From assembly GCA_965113315.1 (NCBI GenBank), contig OZ220377.1: 64,000 bases of DNA; one strand, given 5' to 3'. Origin of the DNA: Podarcis vaucheri. Lineage: Eukaryota. The notes under the pieces were generated by a model. The model ran no database searches. It was not told where the DNA came from and worked only from the letters and a program-made list of their open reading frames with translations. Below are positions 23,591 through 37,354 of this stretch, in pieces; the first letter of the stretch is position 1; every line of letters starts with the position of its first letter. Position numbers and translations under genes: made by a program.

Positions 23591-26500
23591 GACTGCTTTG
23601 GTTTCTGAAGTTTTCTTGAACATTGTCAACAGGTTTATTGAGCAAACTTTGCCCCTTTAAGGGTAGAGATATACCTTGCTGAATTCTTTTTCTGTGTTTT
23701 CAGGATCCCGTTTTTGCCTGTGAATAGGTGGTTGCATGGCTTTCATTACTGGAACAATGCGTGAAAATGCCACTGGTGCTTGGATAGAGACTAGCTGATG
23801 ATGCTTAACTTTGCAGTTCTTCTTAGGGGAACTGTGTATACTAGTCCAAGGCTTGTAAATACTGTTCTTAGGGTTTAAGGCTTTTTTTTTTTGAGGGGGC
23901 AGGGACAGGCAAGGACCTCTAAAAATGACATTTTTTGCACGTCCACAAATGGTTCAACTCCTTGCCCAGGCACAAACCTCACTGGGTGACGAAAAGCCTG
24001 TCACTGTCTCTTAGCCTAACCTACCATACTGGGGTTGTTGTGATGATGACATCAGGAGAGGAGTGAGTGAGCGATGTATGCCACTTGAGGCGCTTTGAAA
24101 GAAATGTGGGATATAAAAGTAATAATAAAATAAACTAGTGACTTTTGTTATGGGCTACTAACTTCAGCGAACTTATTTCATAGCCCATTGTGTGCCCCTT
24201 CTACAGTGTAGGTGATGGTACCTAGGGCAGAGATGGGGAACATGTGTCTCCCCCAGATGTTGCTAGCACAGCCCAAGTTTAGGGGTGATGCGAATAGTAT
24301 TCCAAGTAGAGTTTGGAGGGCCACAAGTTTTCCCACCCCTTGACATAGTTATATGGTGATAATGTATTCATCGTTTTCTTTGTTTGCCGCCTTTCCAAAG
24401 TTAAAACCACTCTCAAGGCGGCTTGTGCAACCCATAAAAATGTCATAACTACAAACCTAACAAAAACAGTCATAAACAATGAACAAAACATCAAAAAGTA
24501 CAAATCTAACAATTCCACACAACTAAGAAGATCCCAAATAAAGGCACATATTGTAATCAGGCTGCTGGAAACTTCCTTAAGAGGCTGACTTTGAGTTGCA
24601 GGATGAGAGTTTTCCATTCTATATCCTACATATTTTTTAAAGAAAACCTCTGGGAACTGTAGGTTACCCACCCACCACACAGAGCAGCCTTAACAAACTA
24701 TAGTTCCCAAGATTCTCTGGGGGAAGTCATGTGCCTTAAATGTATGGTGTGTACTGGGTACACAACCTGAGTGGCATTCGCCTAAAGAGTAGGGCTGTAA
24801 CTGTTTTGTTGATCTGTTAATCAGTTAAACACTATGTGACCAATTAAACAGTCATCTTGTCCCCTGGCTAATTGACCAGCAGATATTTTTAAAGACAACA
24901 GCAATCAACTGTTAATTGCTGCTTTTACTAGCAAACTCAGGTGGTGAGTACCACCAGCAGGATGGTAGCCCAAAAGTGGCTACTGTGATTGAAGCAAGAG
25001 GGAAGTGGAAACCTGCTCAGGGGATCCCCAAAGATTTGGAGTAGGGGAAATCTAACTGAGCTAAAAACAGCCCACAAAGGACTGATCATACTCTGTAGCA
25101 ACAGAATGCAGAGTTGGGGAGTAGATTTTCTGCTTGGAGGAAACAGCTGGCCAAGAAACCTGAACAGGAACATGTTTAGAAGGACAACATTTTGGCAGAG
25201 CAGGCCCCAGGTTCAATTCCAGGTAGAGCTGGAAGACTCCTTACCTGAAATGCTGGAGAGCCACTCCCAGTCAGTGCAAACAGTATTGGGCTAGAGGTAC
25301 CAAATGCTTTGACTCTGTCTAAGGCAGCTTCCCATGTAAGTAAGATGTCACGCAGGTGGGGGCTGTCCAAGGGCAGACAGAGTTTGGTGGGGCAGTGCCC
25401 AGCCACTATTGACTAGCTAACTTTTGACCAGATTCAGATGTTTTTGCTCTGGGGTGCGGGTGAATCTGTATTTTTCAACCACAATCCAGTACTACTTTCT
25501 GTTCCTTGGATTTCTGGGGCATTATAAAGAGTGAAACACAATGAGCAGTTAACTTCCGAGTGGGTCTTGATTGCGTGAACCATGCTTCCATTAGATGTTT
25601 AGAAGGGTTGCCAGATATTTCTTATTCTAGGATACCCGTTCGTATACTAAATAAACCTTAGAGAGTCTGTTGCTGTGGCATAACCTTTCACAGACAATGG
25701 CCTTGATTGTATGGATGGCTGGAGAATAGATGAAGTAAAGAGAATCAAATAAAGAAGCAAAAACTATACGAATACACACATGGTCGAGTTAATAGAATCA
25801 ATATACTGCATGCCATAGATTAAGACCATTGTTTATGAACAGTTAAAAAAAACAATATTGCCAAATAATTTGGCAATTATATGCAATCATTTATTAATAA
25901 CTTGGCACCACATATGTTGAATTGCTTTCTAGACTCTGTGTAATCCTAAACATCTTTTACTGAGTAGGAAGTTCCATTAATGTTACTTGAAGTTAACTTC
26001 CAAATTCATTTAGGATTGGATTGGCGTTGTCTGCCACAATCCTATGCAAGTCTGGGAGTACGTTTTTATGGTGGTTTGTTTTGTGCTGAAGAATGACGGA
26101 TAGGATATAAGTATCTTAATAAATAAATTGAACTTTCTTCAGAGGAAACATGCAGGATTCTGCTGTTGACCTGACAAATTGTACTTCAGATTAGAACAAG
26201 GAAACCCTATATTACTAAAGAAAGCTGTACAGGGTTCTGTATATGTAAGTTAGCTGTAAGTTGTATTGCGTTAGATCAGGCTCACACCCAAGTGCTATAC
26301 AGGGCAATCCTAAGCTTACTCAGAAGAAAGTCACATTATTTTAAATGGGACTTACTCCCATGTACCGTAAGTCCTTTTAGGATTGCAAGCTTAGATGGTG
26401 TAAATGGCAGGATTCTTTTTTTTGCAGGATGCAACTTTCTAAACTTCCCCAATGTTGCAGTTTTGAATTTTAGGCTGGGGATTTGGGTTTGACATGGAAG

Positions 26501-26869
26501 AGTTACCCTGCTCTGCCTGGTCTCATTATTTGTGAATGGTGACATTGATTTTAGAACACTGTAACAAGCCAATTATGTTTTGAAAGGCAAACGAGAAGCC
26601 AATTTGATAAAATAATTCATATTGTCATCTTCTTGTGTGTGTGGTTGGGGGTTTTTTGGGGGGGTATGCCTTTGTCTTTGGGGAGATTTCTCCCCGCTAA
26701 GCAATACCTATTATACGTATTTGTGTGAAGCAGATTTTTGTGGATTTTAATACTTCTCAGGGAAAAACGGAATTCCTCCGCTCCCAGATGCTGTTTTTGA
26801 CAGAAATTCCTCTTCCCTGCTTTTCAACCTCACAGGACACTCTGTGTTTGGCTTTATTTTTAAAAAAGT

Positions 26870-28200
26870 GAGGGCGGGACGGGGAATAGCCTTGGTGACC
26901 AGCCCGGGCCTTCACCCTCAGCCCTCTCTCCTCCATCTTCTCACAGCTCAAAAAAGGCTCAAACGCTTCTCTCTCTCCACCTCCCCCCCCCCACGCCCCG
27001 CGCTTCAGCAGCCTGAGGAGAGCGGGCCGTCCCATTCCGCGCCTCCGCGGGGGTGTCCCACTCACCACCCTCGCCTCGCGCCTCCCCCCCGGGCTCCCCT
27101 TCGCCCCTCTCTTCCCCGCACCGCACCGGAGCTCAGCCCCCCTGGGGCCAGGGCGCGGAGGAGCGGGGTCCCCGGCTCCCCATCCGGCCCCGCCCTCTCC
27201 CCTCTCCCCGCCGAACCCCCCTATTCGGGGCGATGGTACGGCCCGCGGGTTAGCGGAAGCGCGGCCGCTGTGGCGCTGCCATGTTGAGCAGCCTCCTCCT
27301 CTCCACCTCCTCCTCCTCCGCCGCCGCCGCCGCCGCAGCAGCCCCAGCCGCCGCCGCTTGTGCTTTGTTGTCGGCTCCATGTAGTTGGGGGCCCGGGGGA
27401 GGGAGGAGGGGAGGGGGGCGGGCGGGGGAGAGAGAGAGAGAGGAGAGAGAGAGAGGGAAAAAAAAGAGAGGGAGAGGGAGGCGAGCAGGCAGGAAGAGCG
27501 AGCGGGCGCTGTGAGGAGCCGCAAAAAGACCAGGCCGCCGGGCCTGAGGAGAGAGAGGGAGGCACCATTTATATATATATCTATATCTTATAACTCTTAT
27601 CTATCTATATACAGAAGGCACTATTTTTTATTTTTTTAAAAAACATATATATATATCTATATATATAACCTTCCGTATTCCCGGCTGCCGCCGCCGCTTC
27701 CAAAGCCATGGAAGCCAATTGGACCGCGTTCCTCTTTCAGGTGAGGGGAGAAAAGACGACCACCCTCTTCAAAAACCAACCCCCCCCCCCGCACCGCGCG
27801 CGCACTTCTGAATAGCCCCCCCCCTCCTTAAATGTCCCCGCCTCTCCCTCCCCCAACCCCCCCTCCCTCCCTCCCGCCCGCGCTTGCCTGCCTCCCCCCC
27901 CCCCCGCACAAGGCACCCCGCGCAACCCTCCCCGCCAGGCCCTGATTCTTCTTGCAAAGGGCCGGCTCGCTCTGTCAGCAGCAGCGGCGGCGGGCGACCC
28001 CCCCCCCGCTAGAATAGCCGCGCGCGAGGGGGGGCGGAATAGCGGGAGGGAGGAGAATGTAGCTGCTCTCTACGGCGCTGTGGGAGGCCGGCTATAGCGC
28101 GCTCGCTCTCCCTCTTTCTCTCTTTTCTCCTCTCTCCTCCCCCCACCCGCAGCCGCCTGCGTCCGAAACAGCAGCCCCGCCACTACCGAAAAACAAACAC
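26870..28200 (+). promoter_or_regulatory. VEZF1: CpG island: VEZF1 promoter, 5' UTR and start of intron 1
   Basis: Very high GC and CpG content; GC boxes; ETS-like AGCGGAAG near 27252; YY1-like GCCATGTT near 27278; (GCC)n and (GA)n tracts; surrounds exon 1. Confidence 0.9.
27708..27740 (+). CDS. VEZF1: VEZF1 coding exon 1 (MEANWTAFLFQ)
   Basis: Kozak gccATGg at 27708; translates to the VEZF1 N-terminus; donor CAG|GTGAGG at 27741; phase 0. Confidence 0.97.
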
Positions 28201-31200
28201 AAATCTGTTTTGTGGAGGTGGCTTTCCTCTCTCCCCCCCCCCCAATACTTTGCCTTCTGTAGCTGGTTGGGTTTTTTTGTGTGTGTGTCCATTTTTTCTT
28301 CCCAAAGAAGAAGGAATTCGAGCTCTCTCTCTCTTTAATTTGGGGAGTGGTGGCTGCCCTCCGCTCTCCCGTCTACTCATCGTATTTGCTCAGATATTGG
28401 TGGCCGACGTTTCTTTTTTTTAAGGGGGCCATCCAGTGTTTTCTCCTCCACCCATTGAGCTAGAGTCCCCCCCCCACCCCATCTTGGGCTCATATCGGTG
28501 GCTTTTAAGGGGAACAAAACCTGTTCCCATATATATTATTGTACTTCTTGGGGCTTCTGTGCTTTTTCTCATCTTGTGCTCAAGTATCCGTGCCCCTTTA
28601 TATGTTAAACTCCTTGACACATTAGTTTTTCTTTCTCCCCACCCCACCAGATTTTTCTACTGATATATGTGTGTGTGTGCTCTTAGTTCTTTTTTATGTT
28701 CTAATTGTTTACGATTTTAATTAAACTCCCCTCCCCTTGCATAGCCCTCTCTTAACTCGCATTTTCAGCTGCTGCATTCTTTGGCTCCCCCCAGTTCTTT
28801 AGGACTCATTTACTAATTTTCCCTCTTTCCTCCATGAGCTTCTCTGTGCACTCGCTCTTGCTCCTTCCCTTGCCACCACATTTTCTGCTGCATTCTTTAT
28901 TCCAACTCCCTCCAGTTCTCTAGGATGTTTAACCAACTGCCTGCTATGAGATTTTCTGTACACTCTACTTTCTTCTCTCCCCTCAACTCTTTTTGCATTT
29001 TTCATCTCGTCCCCTACCCAGTGTTTAATTGGGAATCTTAAATTATTTTTCTCTCCTCACTCCCACAATGGAAAATAGGATTTTCTGCATACTTTTCATT
29101 CACTTCAATCTCCTCTACATCTTGTGTTTTTGAGCTGCTTATTTTTCTCCCTCAATACCTCTGCTGCTTTGGGACTCCTTAACTAATCCTTACCATGTCC
29201 TCTCTACCCCCTCTAAAGATTCTCGACACCTTTTACTCCCCAGGCTCCTAGTAGTTTTTGGTCTGCATTATTTCTCTTGTCCCCAAGATACTTTTGCTGC
29301 CTTTTATTATTAAAAATAGGTGCTGGCTCCCTCCCCCTAGCCCTATTTATTTTGCTTTTATGTTTTCTTTGGTGCTTTATTTGCATTTATCCCCCCTTTT
29401 ACTCCCATCATCGGCACTTTCCCTTTAGTCTTTTAAGGTGCAATAGGGCCTTATGTGTGTATGTGTGTATTCTGAAACTAACGGCTACTCTGGAATTTCT
29501 TGCTTTGTAAGTTGCTGCTACTTTGGTCGCCCTTACCCCCAGCATGTTACCTTTAACTGTTCCCTCTCTTTTTTTAACCATGTTTTTGGTGGTGCCAATT
29601 TTACTGATTTTTCATTCTTTTTCTGTCCTGCAAATCATTGATCTTTTGCCCCTCCTTACTTTGGCTTGTGGAATTCTGTATTCCTCCCCTTCTTTGCCCT
29701 CTTCTGTTGTTTTCCAGTTTTGAACTGAGCTACTAATTCTTGTTCCCTAAACAATTATGCTCTTCCACCTTTTGCAACTTTGTCCTCCCATTTTTACTAC
29801 TTTTTTTGCCCTCATATTTTTCTATCTGCTGTGCCTCCTGGTTCCTTCTCCCTCTTTCTGTTCCCTCTACCTTTTTTCCTTTGTTTTTCCCCTCAGTTTT
29901 TATCATGTACCTTTAAAGCATATTTTTTCTTTAAAGATTTATCACTTTCTCCAGTTTGTCCTGCTTCTCTCCCTTTTTTCTAAAGATGTGTATTCACATG
30001 TTTCATTTCCTCTTAGCCCATTCTTCAAAAAATTGTCACTTTCTCTACCCTTTTGTTCTGCTCTCCTACTTTAAATTACTATTCTCTTCTCCCTTCTCCC
30101 TTATTCTGTTTTCTCTCTGTTACTTTGTCACATAAAGCCCTTCTACTTCCCCCCTGGGTTTTTACTATTCTTCTGTTGGAAAGTAGTCCACTGTCTCCTG
30201 AAAATTATTTGTAAGTGGTTCTTTGGACAAGTCTTAAGGACAAATTATATTTTAATTTCCACACCTAACCCTCTTTATTGGGATATAGGTCAGGAATCCC
30301 CTTACCTGCATGTGGAATCAAATACTGGGCTTCTTTCAGGAGAGAGCATGTTGATAATGTAGCTGGAATTTGTTGACTTAATAAGAAAATGTTGGGACAA
30401 ACCATCAGGGGTGGGGGCAGGATATGTTCAGGTCCTAATCAATTTACTAGTCTGCAGTTTTGATTTCAAGGAATACTTGCCCATGATAATTTTTGAGGGA
30501 TTGCTCTCTAAAACCAGGGCCTGAGTGAATGATGAACATGTCTTCTATTAAGCAGCTCTCCTTGCTTAAACCCCTTTGAAAAACAAAACTCCCATTAACT
30601 GCTTTTTCTTAAAAAGATGCCAGAATAATGTAGTCAAAATGATGCCATATAGCCTACAACTTGAGTCACTTAAAAGCATTAATATTCTGTAAGGAATGCA
30701 GCATGCCAAGCTACTTCCTCCTTAAATCTACAATCCAAGTGAGAACCTAGATTACAAACCATTTCCCCTTTTTAGCTTGGAAAAAGTAAACTAATTACAA
30801 TACCTCTTCTCCCCCTCTTTCTTGAAGGTAAAATAATCCTCTCTGCAAATTACAAGTCTGCGTCATTTTCCCACTGAGTCTTCTGTTCTCTTTAAAATAC
30901 AAAGCATGACTCCAGTTTGAAAACATGAAGCGAAGGAATAAATCTGAGGCAAATGCACTGCAGTCTTTCTCTTCTAAAGGAAACTAGTCACCCAAGTACA
31001 AAGATGAGTCATTCGCTTAGGTGCCCAGTCTTTGGATGCAGGCTTAAAAAATCCTCTTGAAAACAGAATCTGTTTGAGCTTATGATAACTAAGAGCTCTT
31101 GTGTGACTTTTATCTTTGAATACAAGGAATGAAATGTTTTACCATAGGCAGATTCTAGCAGTGATACATCTGCAGTCCAATGATGGGTTTGATTATTTTC

Positions 31201-34200
31201 CCTGTTTAGAGATTTGAACATTGTTAATCTCCTTAGTGAATCATAGGTTATAAGATACATTTTTCCTTCTCTTTACCAACCTCTACTCCCTTGGCTTCTT
31301 TCCATAATAACCACTTGAAGGAATGATTATTGTGAAAATATATGTTAGGACCTTAATGGCTGTCTCACAGTTATATTTGTACTTCACTTGGCTTTTACTT
31401 CTTAGCTAAATAATTTGGTACAGTATTTCAGAGTTGGGGTAAAAATTAATCTTATGAGGAGGTCAACTTCATAAAAATATGCTAATGTCAATTAGTATGC
31501 ATGATGGATTTCCCCCCACTTTTTAAAGGTTTTTGATCTTGTTCATGTGTTGAAAATGTCCTGCTCTGAAGCAAGGTGGAGGTTTTAAGCCTGAGTAACT
31601 TTTGCCTACACAACGGTTTCTGAGCTTATGTATATGTTAAAGCAGATTTTATAGCTGCCTAGGAAGTACACGTTGCATGTTTAATATTTGGGGAAAAGAT
31701 AACCCATCTAATAATGCAACCAAGGTATGACTCACTTATGCTAATTGGTTGCTCTGACATCAAGGCTTCAGTGCAAAAAAAACTTTGCTTCTGGCAATGA
31801 AAGTTCACAATGCCAATCCTTCTACCCTGGGTCTTGAAACTGTTTTGTTTTCTATCACAGAAATCACAAAAACTACACTGCAAGTGAATGAAAATGACTT
31901 AACAAAAGATAGTCAAATGCTCGTGCCCTCATTTACCATTTAGCCCCTGATCCTTTTTTAGAAGGCCTTAATGCAAGGGATCATTAGGAATCACAGAAAC
32001 CATTGCTTTTGGCAGAAAGGGGACATTGATTTAGCAGTTTCAGCAAACTCTTAGCAAGGTGAGATACCCAGGTCTTAAAGTAGATATCCTTGTTCAAATT
32101 ACTTTTATAGCAGAAACCTTTATGAGTATGTAGAGTTCAGCCATCTTAACAGTTATGTAGATTTTGTGTTAAAAGAATGAACCTAACCTCCCTCAGACTT
32201 TCACGTTCCCCCTTGCCTGGTGGGGCTGCAAGGAAGAGTTTGGAAGCTTCCACTTCAATTTCAGATAAACCACAGTTTAGTCTATTATCTGAACCCTAAA
32301 TCTTACTGGTGATTAGTGAAAGCATGGCAGCCTCTTTTAACTATGGTTTGAAATTAGATTGTTTCTATTAACCATAGTAAAATAATTCGGTTTTTCAAGA
32401 TGTAGATAAAATGGCAAGTTGCTGGTGATAAAAGAGGACTTAAATGTCTTCTCATGGTTGCATGGGGCTTGGGGAGAAGAGTGTGCAAGTCCAGAGAGAA
32501 ACTAAGCTTGTTCTAATGATGCTAAACCATAGTTTCCTGCTGGGTCCACACAACCCCAAAGCTTTAAAAGGTTCTTATTAAAGTGTGGTTTCTTGAATCT
32601 TGTCTGAAGGATTTGTGTTCCATTTTGAACTGATATATTTGTGCCTTGATAATGTGATTTAAGTTGGGTGCCTTGGGCCAAATCTTTCCCTTCCATTATT
32701 TTTTATTGGTGCCTCAGTTACCAACAGAGGTAAAGGGAAGGGCATGGAAGCAGATGTAGGAGCTGTGCTAATCACTAACAGGCTACTTTGATAGAGGTGG
32801 CTATGGCCCTGGCCCCCTGCTGAGAACTGCTTGCAGGCTGCCATCGTAGATAATGTGTGCAGTGTATTAAAATATGTAAAAACTTTGTATGAAGATAATT
32901 GGGCTCCGAATGCTTACTGTCTTCAGTTTTTTTTTGTGTAGAGCCTACAGGGAAATAAACATACAGTAAAAGAGTTAAAGCTTGTCCGAGTTGGGTTTCC
33001 AGTGGTTGCATCCTTGGCTGCAATTGTTTTACAGGATCATTATGATATTTTAGTTGAAATCTTGATGAAAAGTGGAACCTTGTGTTGGGTTCACGCTCTG
33101 GTCACCCAGCCTCCAATCCCTGCTATATTAAAGATGCCTGTGAGCTATTCTAACAGGCTCAAGAGCCTTTCTGGGGCAAAAAAGGTTCTGTGTAATTCAT
33201 ACAAAATTGGGCACTCACATTACCTATCCTTGGAAAGTACCTCCCCCCCCCCCAAGAACAACACAATGCCATTTATCTTCAGTGAGCAATCATTTCAAAG
33301 GTGGCGGTTGGAAAAAGGTTGCAGCCATTTTTGGTCTCAATAAACTCTCAGATGCTGCATCTGACAGACGTACTTGCACAGGCTTTTGTCTTTTTAGCTT
33401 TTGGAGGGATGTGCTACTGATTGTGAATTAGTAATTAGTGACTTGCATGTGCTGTTTTATGCTTTGCTGATTTTATTGTATTGTTGTGGGTGGCTTTTAT
33501 TGAATTTTGGGGTTCTAATATTTTAATTTGGTTTTTAATTCTATGTCGGCTACAAAAGTACATTTCCTAGGTAAATAAGTGAAATAAATAAATGTTAAAA
33601 ACAAACCTGACAGCAACAGCTAACTTCATAATAATGGGAGGCTGGACTCTCCTAAGCCCATCTTTTCAGCTTGGAATATAGTGGAGGACTCTGTAAGGAC
33701 AGAAATGTCTCCTCTTCCAGCCTTGCTGAAAGTGGCCAGAGGTGCTATCTAATTTCCAAACCATGTGGATATAGAGTAGAGAATGGCAGAAAGGTGGACA
33801 GAGATGCTGAAATATTTGGGAATTTCTCTTGTCACTTCCTGCACTCTGTGCCTGGTGGGATACTTGTAATGGCTTGTGGACCTGATGCAAAACCATGTTG
33901 TGGGTGACCCGCTGGCTGTTCCTTGTATATGAGGTGGGTTAGCTGGTTTAAGTCAGACTATCTCAAGTGAAAATATATGGTTGAAATTGTGCAACTCATG
34001 AGAGGGTTGCATGTTGTTTAGACTTTGTTTTCCTCTGAAATAAGCTATCCAGGTGTTTCAGAACCAGCCTGTGCTATCCAGAGAGCCCAGTTCTCACAAG
34101 GCTCGTGCAGGCCTCTAGTGTGAGCATAACATGGCCTGGATTTACTCACTCAGCATGCCTTGCAAGTCTCCTTAAGCTATTTCTAGTAGCAAAAGTTTGT

Positions 34201-36330
34201 GAAAGGCTTTGTTTTTCACTTTAGTACTTGATGGAGTGCCTCTAGACATGAACTGCAGAGGTTCTTTCAAAACATGGTTGTTTAACTCAGCTTCAATAAG
34301 GTCTGTCTTCAAATGAAGAACCATTTCAACGCTGGATTCTGATTCAGACTAAAAATGTATGACTAATTTTGGTTAATCCCAACTATCGAAAAGCAAATGA
34401 CAGTGCAGCTCATACAGCGTGAAAGGAAACAAGCCTCAGTTTTTTTCTTACCTCTATAGACAAAATTTAAATAAACTGTACTGGTAACAATTAATTTTGC
34501 CAGTTGAAGAGAACCTATAGGGTCTGATTCCAGTAGGAACAAGAGTACAGGCAAACTGTTCATTCCTGGGAAATGACATAGTGTGTACAGTTGTCTTTCT
34601 CTGCAGTCATTCAGGGTCAACTTGTACTCTGGCAAGTTTTAAGAAGTCTCTGCTTGAATTCTCCCCAGTCCTATACAGTGAGACCCATTTATGGTTTTAA
34701 AATACTTTTCTTTACTTTGAAAGCAAGCTTAGTACAATTTTGATTTGTTAAGGTTGCCAAATCTTACATAGTACCCCCAGATAACACTCGAGTATGGATG
34801 GAATCCACTCCACGCCCCTTCTTAAGCAGAGTCATAGAATACTTGGGCAACTGTACATGGGAACTCTTTTGTCTTCATGCTGGGCAAGTGAGTTTCAAAA
34901 CTGGGATACAGCTAGCACCTATTCTCACATCTCCCTTGGTTTATTGTTCTGTCTGATACAGAGCACTGTCAAAAGCTCTCATGAAATGCCGAGAAACAGG
35001 GCCATGCACACACTCCTTAAGCACAGGTTAGCATGTGTTTGAAAAGTTGCTCATCTAAGAATATTTCTCTTGTGAGCTCTTTTTAACATTGCAAAGTGAG
35101 AAATCCAACCAAATGTCATGTCCTCTCCTACCTTTGCTCCTTCTATAGAAGTGTGGTTTAGCTAGAACTATTCCCTTTGTCCTTGAGCCCAGCTTGTTTG
35201 TCCTCTCCATGGCATCCAGGTGATATGGCTTGCAGGCCATAGCCCCATTATGGATTTAGAAGTGAAGCCTCTTGGGTTGTCACCAGATCCTCTATATTTG
35301 CCCATCTAAAATCTGTTCCCCAAGGAGCTGCTGACAGAATAAGAATTACATCTCTTATTTTCACCTGTTTTCAGCCTGGAATGCCTTAGTCATTGTGTTA
35401 CTAAATATATACATGTCAGAAGGTGTGAGTTCCCAGTACATGCTCCTTGTGTTTAGTTCCATCACGGACAAGTTATTACAAGTACAACTGACTTGGTTGT
35501 ACTGTCTGTCTGGCGGGCTCATGGTTGGCTTTCAGAAGCAGCCTTCCTGTCAGTGGACTGGTGTCGACAGTTGTGTTATCCCCCATGTAATGTATCCACA
35601 ATCTAATAGAGCAGAGTGGGCATTATAATTGTATTTGTAACTTGTAGTTAACCAAATAGGCTGTCATTAAGATAGGGATCATGTAATATGTTGAGCAGCA
35701 TGGCATACACCCAGTCATTAGCTGCAAGAATTGCTCCCCTCAGGAATTAAAAAAATGGTTTGCTGAAATGTGCACCTTACTATATCCGCCTGACGAACGC
35801 CTGTATTTAGAAAGCAAGTGGCTTATCTTCCTTTTGGGGAAATTACTGTGGGTGGGATTATATAACTCTAATGTCCATTTACCTCAGTTCTTATGTTGAG
35901 GATTTGCTCTTGTGTTTATAGTGGGAAAGAATAGCATAGTAAAAAGGTGGAAACTTCAGTGGTTTTGCAGGTGACATTGCTATTTAAGTTGGCCAGCAAT
36001 TTACTTTAAGAACACACTCCTGGTGGTTCAACAATGGCAACAACAAAATATTTGCTCTCCCCATTATATGGCTGAAATGAAGAAAGCTAGGAGTAGGGGA
36101 GGGGATCTTTTTGTGGAAGAAGTGAAAGTTCTGTCAGTTGTACTGTATTAAAAACAAGTTATTGGGTTTAGAATGTTTTAATTCTAAGTGTGTCTTTTGT
36201 TCTGGAGGATTTGGGGTTTTAGTAAAAAAGAAAAGAAAAAGGAGATCCTGCATGTCTTAAGTCTGCCTACCTATATTCTAGGAGTATGCTTGGTTCAAGC
36301 AGGTTTAGTGATGAAGTCGAATAGTCAATA

Positions 36331-36556
36331 CAGTGGTACCTTGGGTTACAAACACTTTGGGTTATAGACTCTGCTAACCTGGAAGCAATACCTCGGGTTA
36401 AGAACTTTACCTCAGAGTGAGAACAGAAATCATGCAGTGGCCGCACAGTGGCAGTGGGAGGCCCCATTAGCTAAAGTGGTACCTCAGGTTAAGATTGGTT
36501 TCAGGTTACGAAAGGACTTACAGAACGAATTAAGTACGTAACCAGAGGTACCACTG
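36331..36556. mobile_element. Tigger-like MITE in VEZF1 intron 1
   Basis: CAGTGGTACC...GGTACCACTG; inverted relative to the 5042 copy. Confidence 0.85.
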
Positions 36557-37354
36557 GAGTGATAATAAACATAAGGCATAACCTCATAGTCCAAGTATTT
36601 GTCCCTCTAGCCCAGTGCAGTCTGCTCTAACGGGCAGCTGCTCTCCAGAAATTCAGGCAGACATCTTTCCCATCACTAGTTGCCTGAGATCTTACTTGGC
36701 AATGCTAGAAATTGAACTAGATACCCTCTGCAATGCAAAGCTTGTGGTCTGCAACTCTCTTTCTCTTTTCTGGGTTCCTTGGAAATTTCCCTGGAATCTT
36801 CTGCAAGATTCCTTAGCACTTCAGTCAAAATGGGAAAAGTCCACTGAAGAGAAAGAGTTTGAAAACCCTGTTGTTGTTGTTGTTTGTTTGTTTGTTATAT
36901 CACTTTTCATCACAAAAGAGTAACCCAAAGCAATTTACAAAAACTCTGGCAGTCTGAGTGCGCAGTCTACATGAGACTCTCTGGGTCAGACCAATTATAT
37001 GCAAATCTGTTCTCCTAATCTCAGTGGAACTTATTTTCAGTAAGTATTTGAGAACAGTGACCTAAAAAAATGTTTTTAGCCGCAATTTTCAATCCTTACT
37101 GCCTATTTTCTATTATTTAGGATGACTTGCTCTTTAAAAAAAGTTCAATTCATCAACAGTCAGTCTGTATAAATATACTTCCCAATAATCAGCAATAAGA
37201 GAAACTGTTTTATTAATATTTTGAAACATTTCAAGACGCGTCACAAAATAAAATGGGTTTTGTAGTGAATTTTACTACTGCTGAGTTGCATTGAGCTTGC
37301 CTTCTGCTTTAACTTTATTTCTAGCCTGAAGGATACTGCAAGTCCTAACTGCTG

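Noticed and set aside
26757-27524. 255-aa and other ORFs in the CpG island
   Set aside because: Stop-poor GC-rich, low-complexity sequence
29277-30074. Hydrophobic F/L-rich ORFs resembling membrane proteins
   Set aside because: Compositional consequence of the T/C-rich strand
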